A stretch of DNA of 64,000 bases from Macrostomum lignano. Its lineage: Eukaryota. Of this stretch, positions 39,097-54,882 are shown piece after piece; the first letter of the stretch is position 1, and every line of letters starts with the position of its first letter. The position numbers were made by a program, and so were the translations under genes. Under the pieces are notes generated by a model. It searched no databases. It saw only the letters and a program-made list of their open reading frames with translations, and was not told the origin of the DNA. Location of the stretch: contig NIVC01002845.1 in assembly GCA_002269645.1 (NCBI GenBank), positions 1,278 to 65,277 on the forward strand, written 5' to 3'.

Positions 39097-41196
39097 TTAG
39101 CTATTCATGACTTCATATATTTTAGCTACACCAGTGAGCTCTTTTCTGACTCTTTTTTCATTAGTAGCATATCCTATCTTGTGTATTTGATTGCTATTTA
39201 AGAGGTATTGACAGAAGTATTTTTTCCTGATCTCTTCAGTTTGTGGACATTCGGTCAAGTAGTGTAGAATGTCAGAACCATTTCGCGCTCCACACATTTT
39301 ACATGGTTCTTGAGAAAAAAAGTTGGGTGTAATCTCGCATTTCAGTTTTAGGAGGGTTGTTAAGAATTTTTTGTTTCTAAATGTACATGGAAAGAAATCT
39401 GAAAGGTCGGGCCTGCAGATTTTTTTGTAGAGATAGGCGTTTTTGTAGAGTTTAATATGTTGCTGATTCTCTAGCTTTTGGCTAAGTTCTCTTTCTCTGT
39501 GTATCTTGAGGTGCTTTTTCACTAGGTATTTCTCGTTATTAAAGCTTTGGGAAAGTTTATCTTCAGTTAGTGCTTTTAGGTCTATACTTTCTAGTTTCTT
39601 TAGTACATTCATTTTCCATGGATTTTTTTGGCCGGTGTTTGAGTAGAAAATTTCTAGAGTCGTTTGGCAGAGTTTTTTGTGTCTAATCTTCAGCCAGTAG
39701 ATGAGGTAGGTTTTAGCGATTCGTTGAGAGATTGGAGTAGGCCTAAGCTCAAGTTCTGATGATACCACACTGTTGCTAGCAAATTTTGGTAGATTGAGAA
39801 GATATTTGTAGAATTTCAGCTGAATATTATCAATAGCTTTTGTATCAGACATGGTAGCCAGAGGGCCCCAGAGCTCACAACCATAAGTGATAACGGGGGT
39901 AACAAGCGCGTCAAATAGTCTGCGAATGAGTGTGATGTCTAGGGACGTATTCTTTACCCTATGGAGTAGGGAAAACATGGCTGTATATCCCTGCTTAGTT
40001 TGGTGTTCAATACATTTTTTAAAGCTGTTTTTTGGTTCAAAAATAATTCCCAGGTATTTAAATTCATTTACTTCCTCTATTTCTTGGTTGTCGTAGTATA
40101 TTTTTGTAGCAATGCTTTCTGTGTCGTTTTTTTGTCTGGTATTGCCCTGCATGAACTTTGTTTTGCTTGCGTTTACTTTCAAGTAATTTTGTTTGCAGTA
40201 ATTTTCCATAGTCGTAAATGTGTCTTGAAGTTCGTCTTTGTTTTTAGCTAGAATGGCTTGATCGTCTGCAAAGAGTAGGATGAGTGGGAAAGCAGATCTC
40301 GTAAGAGAGCGCCTAGCGCTAGAGAGTTCAAGATATTCAACAATGTCGTCAATATATAGTTCAAAAAGGATGGTAGAGAGAGGGTTGCCTTGAAGAACAC
40401 CTTTAGATATTGGGATTGGCTGGGTTTCATCATCATCATCATCATTTTTTAGAATGAAGCAGGCATTTTTATGCATGTTTTTGATAAGTTCCGTCATTTG
40501 ACCTTTAATACCCTGGTTATCCGTTTTGTGCCAAAGGGTTGGTTGATTTAAGCTATCGAAGGCTTTTTCATAGTCAACAAATCCAATAAAGAGTTCTTCT
40601 TTGTTGTAGATGGATTGGTTTATAATGTTGTAAAGATTAAAACATTGGTCGATTGTGCTGTGATTGGGCTTGAAACCGTATTGGTATTTTGATATAAGAT
40701 TGTTTGCATATGCTAGGTTTTCGAGTCTGGATTTAATAATTTGGCAAAAGAGCTTGCCAAGAATTGGTTGAATGCAGATTCCTCTGTAATTGTTGGGGTC
40801 GGCACTGCTGCCTTTGTTTTTATAAATCGGATGAAGTGTATTTGTTATCCAACTAGTTGGGAAGGTTCCTTGTTTGAGTGCTTCGTTGAAAAGTGAGCAT
40901 AGGAGGTCAGCAAGTTCGTTCTCGAGGTATTTGAGTGTTTCTACATATACTTTATCGTGCCCAGGTGCTTTGTCGGTTTTGAGCTTTTTAATATGTTTTA
41001 TAACTTCTTCTTTGGTGAATGGGGCATTGAAATCCTCTAAATCAGCCAGAATAGGGTTGTCAAGGTGAAGATTGTATGATAGTCTAATGCTGCTGTCTTG
41101 TTCAGTTACAAGATTTTGAAAGTGTATGATAAATTTTTCATCAATTGTTACTCTGTTGTTTGAGGGATTTGGTGTTTTTAATAAGATTATTTTAGA
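39097..41196 (-). mobile_element. 5'-truncated non-LTR retrotransposon (LINE) with reverse transcriptase and C-terminal Cys-His motif
   Basis: Hand translation shows one frame open from ~41196 to the stop at 39097 (~699 codons): KAPGHD, DPNNYRGI, QYGFKPNHST, FVDYEKAFDS, GVLQGNPLS, LFADD, FKYLG, CKMCG…HYLTEC. No endonuclease domain. Clade (L2/CR1/RTE-X-like) not determined. Confidence 0.93.
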
Positions 41197-42195
41197 TTAT
41201 TTTTAACTTATGGCAAATTTTGAAAACTGTCACGAATAAATGTACAATAGGTAATTTATCTAAGCTAATTTCATTTTCTTAAAATTGAACTAAGTTTAAC
41301 TTTTCCTAGATATATTTTAATGCACCAAATTTAAGATAGGAAGCCTGATAATTGACTTGTTAAATCTAGAGCGATTTTTGCAACTTTTTATTTTGAAAGG
41401 CAATTTGTCTTTTCTAAGAAAGAAGGTAAAGAAAAACGATGTGTCGATGTTTTATGATCAGTACGAGGAAATAATAGTAGGTAGGTAGCACTAACACTAA
41501 TCACTAATAGTTGCGGCGTTGCGTTAAGTAAGCCTAAGTTTTCTTTTTCATTGCTGAGATAAAACGCCTAAGTGATTAAGTAATGCTTGAGCGATTCCCA
41601 TCTCATTTAAATTCGAGAAAAAATCAATTCTAGCGTAGCTAATCGTCGTCTATAGCGGCATAGCCTAGGTGGTGCCTTAGCCATGTTGATGCCAATCCAC
41701 CATAGCTATCTGCATATCGTTATTACCTATCATAGACATAGCTAGCGCCTATGGCTATGTCATGATATTTCAGAATTTCCTATTAATGGCAGTCCTAATT
41801 CCTAAATTCATAGGTTTTGAGAATAGTTATTATTATTATTGATATTGTTCCATGTGTTCTAGTTTTAATTAGTGATACTGATAGTATGTTGATTAAATGA
41901 TTGTTGTATATAATTGTGGCCAATCTATAATGCTGAATTTTTTGTTGTAGATAGATAATTTAAGATAAATTGCATATTTACAGATTTGTAATAATACTAA
42001 ATACTTATAATATGATTTTTATATTGAACTTTATGCCATAACTTTTTGCTATAAATTATCTTCTAGATTTTTTCAAACTTTTAGTCTAAAAACAAAAGTG
42101 TAAAGTAACAAGTAAAAGTCACAAAGTAAAAGGTCAATGAGTGAGATAGGATAGGCCTAATATAGTAATCCAAAGCAAGAAAAAGGGCTATCTGG

Positions 42196-45100
42196 GGTTA
42201 CTGGTCAAGTCAATGACAACCATTTTGGTGACAAGTTTGGAAACTTTGATGACAACCTCAGTCAAATTGGTAATACTACCAAAAATTGTTCATGTAATTT
42301 AGAGATTTACTCTATATGTATTGCTTTTTTATAATTATTTTTTTGTAGTTTATTTTGTTTTTCTTCTTAAAGTCAATTGCATTGTTTGATTTTTGACTAT
42401 ATACAATATACTGAATAGTGTACTATACCTTATGCAAAGAGCTTAGCTTCTACTTGGATATCTGTTGGACATCACAGTTTAATTTACTAATTAAGTAGGC
42501 CTAATAATTTAAAGACTTATAATTTTATCTACATTTAGTTTGACTTTCTTCTTAAAAGTAATATGATCAATGATACAGTACAGTGCATTTGAGACAATTT
42601 AGTCAGTATAGTGCAGTAGTGCAGCTGTAATTACTAGAGTATACCAAATGCATTTATAGCGCAGATTGCATTCTAAGAAAAGTGATTTTTTGAGTACACT
42701 TTGCTAGTGAAGTGAGTAAATAGAATAATAAAAAACTTCTTAAACTTAAAAAAATAAAATAAAGACATGCAACAATAAAAGATTAAAGCTGCAACCTGAT
42801 TAAAAGCTAATTGATCAATTCTACACGCCATCTAATTAAAATCTAGATAGCTACAGCTAAGCTAAAAATCACTTTGGAGCAAACAGGCGCAAACAAGCCT
42901 TCAGCAGACGCAAAGCCAACTGACTGCCATTGTTGTATTCTGCCCAATATTTAAATGCTTGGCTTGCACACTACGATATGCCTGGTGTTGCTTGCGTTAC
43001 AGAGCTCCGTATGACAAAAGCTGCATCTGAAGTGGCACAAGAGACGCTTCCCTATGAAGCAGTTTAGGAAGAAAGTAAAAGTGTTGATCTCCTTATCCAG
43101 CCTTCCTATTTAGCCTGTTGTGCCAGCCTTCCAAGTCATTGTTAGTACAGATCAGCTGCCAATAAATATAGATGTCTTCTGTTCACTAGTGACTACTGTT
43201 AGCTAACCAAGTGCTGTTGACATACTGACACAGATCCAATAGTCTCTGGTTGGCAAATTGATTAGCAGAGGCTTATAGGTGAAGAAAAGCAGGTGCTATA
43301 CAGTCACTCGGCAACTATGGCAAGGACATTAATTTTCTGATGAAGCACTGTATGCCCTCGTCTTGATTGTATGATGGTTGAAGACTGATAGACTGTACTC
43401 TGGGCCATACTGCTAGCATCCAATTAAAGTTGCTGTCCCTGACACATATCTAAAGAAACTCGTGCCAGATTGCCTTCCATACAGCTTTTTTGAAATCTAG
43501 TATAAACTGCGTGGGGTTAGCTATTGGCACCAGAGACTTAATTTTATAAAGAATAGCCTTGTAGTCACGAGATCAATGCCTGGACATAATGATGCAAGCC
43601 AATGGAACCTATATGTACATATAAATATGAACAAGAATTCATTAAAACATTATTAGGATCAGGACACAAATTCACTTGCTCAATTGACCTCAACTCACCT
43701 GTTTGGCTTGTCTATTAGAGTGCAGAAATGCATGTAAAGAGTAAAGTTGAACAAAAGGGTGTCTTACAACTTGAAATATACCATCAAGATAGACATCTTT
43801 TGCACTGTGAAGAAAATCTAGCTGCTGTTCTATGGCAAAGAGAAATGTCTGCACTCTCCAACAACAATGTCGGGTTGTAAGAAGCCATCAGGAATTTCTT
43901 CATGGGCTAGTTTAAATTCCAGATCCTGTGGCTCCTCTGGACACTTCCATTCTCAAAATTGGTTCGCAACTCTAGTAAGATTTGCTGGTTTTTGAAGATT
44001 TGCAGCTCTAGATACTTTAAACTTACACAAAAGATGATCTTCTAAAATTTTGGCTGCTAATTAAAAAAAATCGCAACTGCTACACTCTTAATGTCCCAAG
44101 AAAGTTTGCGTACCTTCGCTGCATCTGATGTCAGCTCATGACAATGCCAGCTCTTTCCAAGTACAAACTCTATCAGTACAAATAAGAGTTGTATGGCATG
44201 ACACTCGGTGACTGTGCTGGGTACTTCGACAATGCTCCTTAATTCCATGCCTTTGATAAAAGCCATATGTATAGCCTTTTGATGACACTACAACTGTGCT
44301 GCTATGGCTGCTTCCTGCTTCAACGATATCGAACGTTTCTTCTGTAAACTCAAGTTCAGAAACTAAGCATGGCTTTGGATCATCAATATCAATGTCCTCT
44401 GGATCCTGTTGATCCTGGGGATTGTCACTGTGCTGTTTGTCAAAGCCTACTTCTTTGACAATGTCTTCTGGATCATGTTGAACCTGGCAATTGTCACCAT
44501 GCTGTTTGCCAAAGTCTACTTCTTGCTCGGCATGGTGCTGGTTGTCATCATGTGCAGCCTAATATATATCATAGTCATCATCCAGCTGCTGTACATGTAC
44601 ATTAGGATGGGAGCATTCTGAGCAGTGCCAAGAAAAAGTTCCTAGTTTTTTTAAGTGGAAGTATGTCCTTGCATTCATGCCTATTCCATAGACTCTGAGC
44701 TGCCAGTGGTGGCAGCCATCACAAAGTAGGCCGTGTTGAAGAAGGCAAACCTCCTTCCCACAACTCAAGCACAAATCCATGACAAGTCTAAAATAGGCAA
44801 ATAAAACAGTTTTGTCCTTTTATATTTATTGGCTGGCAATTAATTACTCACTGCACTGTATCTCTCCCTTGAGTCCCCACTTAGCAGAAAAACTTAATAG
44901 CTATTGAGTATGCATGTACACTTGTCATATGAACTAGATCAGCACTTATTTTTCATTCATTGCATAAATGCTTTGCAATTTAAATGAGATGAACAACCAG
45001 ACTAATATTCAAGTAGCCAGAAAAGCTACCTGCATAAAGACAGGGTATATTATTCAGTATAATGTATATAGTCAAAAATTGATCAATGCAATTGACTTTA

Positions 45101-45284
45101 GAAGAAAAACAAAATAAACTGCAAAAAATGACTATAAAGGAAAAGCAAGCATGTCAGCTAAAAAACGATAAAAAATGCATTTGCTCAAATAAATCTCTAA
45201 ATTACATAAACAATTTATAGCAATGTCACCGATTTGACTTAGGTTGTCATCAAAATGTCTTGTCACTGACTTGACTAGTAATCC
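42196..45284 (-). mobile_element. Decayed Mutator-like (MULE) transposon with ~100-bp TIRs, an N-terminal PHD-like finger and a transposase pseudogene
   Basis: 42196-42310 is an imperfect inverted repeat of 45190-45284 (TTACTxGTCAAGTCAxTGACAA; TTTGATGACAACCTxAGTCAAAT; TGTAATTTAGAGATTT). Minus strand: CLSCGKEV…CDGCHHWQ…WHCSEC (44780-44600); VYLDGIFQVVRHPFVQLYSLHAF…KQ, 90-nt intron 43698-43609, VPL…; LDFKKAVWKA; TNNDLEGWHNRLN. Many in-frame stops. Confidence 0.85.
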
Positions 45285-46431
45285 TATCTAGTAGTATCCT
45301 ATAGAATCATTTGTTAAATTATTATTTTTTTATTATTTCCAAAAGTATAAAACAAATGAACAAATGAATAGTTAAATATATACTAGCATTAAAATTGTTT
45401 GTTATAATCAATTGAGAACTTTAAAGCTAGCTATACCTTTGGAGGTAGCACAATCCAACTTAAGGCCACTGTTTGTCTAGCTATCTAGAAAGTAGCAGTC
45501 CAAAATCAGAAATGTAAGCAATGGCTTGGCTTGAATTCTAGTATTGTAGCTTAGTAGCTAATTTTTCAATCTCAAATATATTTCCCTTAAGGTTCCCACA
45601 TTGTCTTAGCCCCCATTTGGTTGCCTTTCTCTTTTTAGACAGAGACTAAAAAAATCTAAGGGGGGCCAAGCAAATTTTTGCCAAAAACAAAGCCACCTAT
45701 TTGCCCCCTCTCCCAGGTCCTTACCCACCAGAATCTGTCTTCCCTGTTCTAAAAAATTTCTGGTTGCGCTACTGTAGGATACATTTGATTATTGCTTAAA
45801 ATAAATTGAAAAATATTAATAAGCACAATGCTTACATAGGGGCAAAGAAAGGAATTTTGTTAGGCTAGGGTACTAAGTATAAGCTTGCAATTAGAGGCCT
45901 TAAATGCTGAACAAATAAGAGGAAGGGGATAAGCTTAATGGTTCCAAAAAGAAGTTTGGGGATTCCACTTGAGTATTTAATAGGGATGCAATTCTATTCA
46001 AGTTGTCAGGAAAGGACATGCTAAATAAGGCTCTCAAGTCAAACTCTTAAATGGAGAGTTTTCACATAATCGAAAAGATGGGTGCACTGGGTGGTGGCAA
46101 TTAAACACCAGGTATATGATGTATCACTATTAAATTATAGTGAAACAAAATATAATGGGGTGAGAGTCCTATAGTTATACCAGGGGAGGGAGACGATTTC
46201 CATTCAAGGAAAACTTGACATCATTTTATGCACAAGAAAATGGTTTACATAAAAAGGAAACTTTGGGTGGAAGTGGGAGGCTTCAGTCACTGTTGGAGGC
46301 CTCACGAGGATTCAAGGTTATTAAATATCAGTGTAAAATGTGATAATCCAGTGTGGCTGTACACCCTCAGTACACGTCTGCATGTGTGTATCCTTTTGCC
46401 CATGCAAAATAGCTTTTTGTTGGTATTTCAG

Positions 46432-51266
<4,835 letters not shown>

Positions 51267-51394
51267 GGCGCGAACCTCGGACCTTCGACTTCATGCTTGT
51301 GTTGTCTGAAAGCTGAATGGTCATTCCGTGTTCAGCTTGAAAACTGCTGTTGTCATTGTCAATCTAGACTTGTTTGGCGTCTCCGATTTTCCCT

Positions 51395-52340
51395 TAGCAG
51401 AATCGCCCTTGACAAAGCAGTTCTACGGAATCCCCTACAGAATCGCCCTTGACAGAATCACCCTTGACAGAATCGCCCTTTACAGAATCGCCCTTTACAG
51501 AATTGCCCTTTACAGAATCGCCCTTTACAGAATCGCACTTGACAGAATCGCCCTTGACAGAATCGCACTTGACAGAATCGCCCTTGACAGAATCGCCCTT
51601 GACAGAATCGCCCTTGACAGAATCGCCCTTGACAGAATCGCCCTTGACAGAATCGCCCTTGACAGAATCGCCCTTGACAGAATCGCCCTTGACAGAATCG
51701 CCCTTGACAGAATCGCCCTTGACAGAATCGCACTTGACAGAATCGCACTTGACAGAATCGCCCTTGACAGAATCGCACTTGACAGAATCGCACTTGACAG
51801 AATCGCCCTTGACAGAATCGCACTTGACTGAATCGCCCTTGACAGAATCGCACTTGACAGAATCGCACTTGACAGAATCGCCCTTGACAGAATCGCACTT
51901 GACAGAATCGCCCTTGACAGAATCGCACTTGACAGAATCGCCCTTGACAGAATCGCCCTTGACAGAATCGCCCTTGACAGAATCGCCCTTGACCGAATGG
52001 CCCTACAGAATCGCCCTTGACAGAATCGCCTTTGACCGAATCGCCCTTGACAGAATCGCCTTTGACAGAATCGCCCTACAGAATCGCCCTTGACAGCATC
52101 GCCATTTACAGAATCGCCCTTGACAGCATCGCCCTTTACAGAATCGCCGTTGACAAAGCAGTTCTACGGAATCGCCCTACAGAATCGCCCTTGACAAAGC
52201 AGCCCTACGGAATCGCCCTACAAAATCGCCTTACATAATCACCCTACGAAATCGCTTTTGACAGAATTGCCCTACAAAATCGCCTTTGACAAAATCGCCC
52301 TTGACAAAATCGCCCTTGACAGAATCGCCCTGACAGAATC
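51395..52340. repeat. Minisatellite, 15 bp unit GACAGAATCGCCCTT, downstream of the DDX41 stop
   Basis: About 55 copies with degenerate edges. Confidence 0.97.
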
Positions 52341-52846
52341 GCAATTCACATTGAAATCGCATTCACAGCCTGACGCTTACTGCCATTAAATATTGGGCAG
52401 TTGCAAATGTTGGCAAAGTGTAAGTGCATATTCTGATTTATGTAAAATATACCGAACGTGTAAATTATGTTACGCCAATAAAAGTGCAAATTAAATTGCA
52501 TCTCACTGGTCCACCCAGTACTTTGTTTTGCTCCTTTATTGCATGTACAATTCAGCGCCTGTCTTCTTGTATAGGGAGTTCCGGGGCAGCAGGGAAGCTA
52601 GAAGTTTGTCATGCCAAGTAGCCGAGCACCAATGCAGTGCAAATTGTGAAACCTAGACTAGACTGACTTAGTGTTGCTGAGTTTGATCTAATTTACTATC
52701 GGAAAGGCCAACTCAGTCAAGACAGCGAGACACAGGTTGGGTTATAATTTACGACTCAGTGTAACAATTAGTATAACAACAACTTGGAATCGAATTTGCT
52801 AAGCGAACAATTTTTTGACGCAGCTGCTCTCTCGATCGGTTCAACC

Positions 52847-54188
52847 ATGGCTGCCTTGAAGTTCTTCGATTTTGCCTTTGTTGCTATGGTGACCGGGATG
52901 CTGATTATTCTATCCGATTATTCCGCTGCTAAGGAGGCGACGTGTAAGTTTCATGTGCTAATACGATCGGTGCGACATGAGGTATCGGGACTGTGCCTTT
53001 AGTCTCGGCTGTGAGGTCTTAAGAAAGTCACTCCGCTTTGAACTCTTCAAAGCAAGCAATCACTCGTCACCCCTGCAGTCAATGCAACGCTGAATTTCCG
53101 TCCTGCCATGCCTTGAAGCACTGACGAAATTCTTTAATACCCCCGAACGTGGTGGTCCCTGACGCCTGACGACCACGACTTCTTGGAACGGGTCATGACT
53201 TAAGTGACGAATCATGTGGTTTCTCAGTATGACCCTGAAACAAAAAGACAGCAGTGGATGGCTATCGCCAGATTTACATGTAACCTCGATCAGGAAAGGC
53301 GCGCACGCCAAAGACGAAGGTTAGTGTCATGTTAATCGCTTTTTGACTCCAACGGACTTGTAGTGCCGTCACAAGTCTGTGTCTGAAGGTCAAACTGTTG
53401 GCAGTACTTCTACTCGTGCTGCTCCATTTGGCCCTACAGAATTTCCTGTAATTTGGGCTCACCTCGTCAGATTTTGGGGCTCCGCATGCTTCAATTCTTA
53501 TGTTGAATAGTCAGCCTGATGAAGCATGCAATTGCCAAACTGAACCGCCCTTTCCCAGATGAAGCCGAGATGGACATCATGGAATCCTTCGCTGTGCAGG
53601 AAGATGTCCACCACTTGCCGGATATGAATCATTTGCATCATCAGCATCATCATCATCGTCACGACGATGAAGACGATCTCGATGAGCACTTGCATCTGGA
53701 CGCTCCGGCGCCTACGGAGGCGGAGACTGCGGCGTCGACGACGCCGGCCACCGCAGCGCCCAGCGTCCCGAAATTTCGATCGCGATTCGGTGGTTTCTCC
53801 GGCACCGGCAGTTACAAGAAGAAGCTGTCGCGCAGGTTAGCCGCGACCTTTCACCTGCGAATTCACTACGCTCACGCAGGCCCCTGACTTTCTATAATCG
53901 TCAGGCAGATTGAGCCTAATTGGGGTTGGACCTCATAGATATGATCGAATCCCAGGACAACCTTCTGGCCAACTGTTGTACACACAAGCCCCCCAAATGA
54001 ATGTGGTTACCTCTGAGCTGTTCCGACCCTGTGCAAATTCCCTTCATGAGTACGGAGTAATGAATATGCTCGATCGTGAATGTGAAAACCTGACCAGCAT
54101 CAACATCCGATATCATTCCCGCAGACGCTGCCGCAAGTACAGGTTCACCGGCCGTAAACTGGTCTGCGTTTCCTACTTCAAAAACTAA
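52847..54188 (+). CDS. Secreted prepropeptide A (145 aa). Exons 52847-52943, 53559-53835, 54125-54188: signal peptide, acidic His-rich pro-region, cationic Cys-loop peptide
   Basis: MAALKFFDFAFVAMVTGMLIILSDYSAA|KEAT-Y-EAEMDIMESFAVQEDVHHLPDMNHLHHQHHHHRHDDEDDLDEHLHLDAPAPTEAETAASTTPATAAPSVPKFRSR FGGFSGTGSYKKKLSRRRCRKYRFTGRKLVCVSYFKN*. Donors GTAAGT and GTTAGC, pyrimidine-rich acceptors, phases 1 and 2, AATAAA at 54269. Confidence 0.8.
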
Positions 54189-54882
54189 ACCAACTATCAC
54201 TAGTGCAGTTGAACTTTTACGAGTATTGACAGGAGCTGCTGACTGTGTTCTGAAATGCTTCAAGCTTCAATAAATATACAACACATGTACAATTGCGTTC
54301 AAGCATATGCAGCAGTTTTTGTGTAACAATATCCTGTCCGAAATTTGTTTTGAGTGCGACCATGCAGTAATAGGACTGTAATTACAAGTCACTAACGCAA
54401 TTTTGTTAAAAAGAGACGATGTTTTTTTGCTAAAATGTATAATTTAAACCGTTTTGAGCAGATTGGCCTCATGAAAAAGCGAAACAATGAAATAACTATA
54501 AATACCCATGGGTTTCCTCTGCCTAGCAAGCGGCATCAGATAGCAGAGGAGCGCCATGGGGGCAGCAAAGCGTTCACCAAACGCTTAAAGATGGCTTGAA
54601 GAAGATAGCCTGGACTGAACAAGCCGCGGGTCGGCGTCCTTGATGTTGAGGACTCGGGGGGAAAAAGCGTTGATCAAATCATCGATTTCTGCTGGATTTT
54701 CCACGATAGCTTTCCCCATTCATCTTTACATAGAGTTTGGCTGTTTGTGACTGTTGCCATGGCAACTTCTGGATAGAAATGAATACATAAAATACCTGCG
54801 GGTCTGAGCTGAAGCCAGCGAATTTTTGGGACTGAAAGCCTCTGGGAATCTATGCTGATTAAGGACTGGAATTCACGTCGGA

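Noticed and set aside
52847-52943. Signal-peptide exon as first exon of the PAN-GRD gene
   Set aside because: Phase is compatible, but the nearer exon 54883-54898 gives a clean single signal peptide, and 52847 fits peptide gene A by paralogy with gene B.
53060-53462. Short ORFs in intron 1 of peptide A with possible transposase-like fragments
   Set aside because: No diagnostic motif or terminal repeat recognised.
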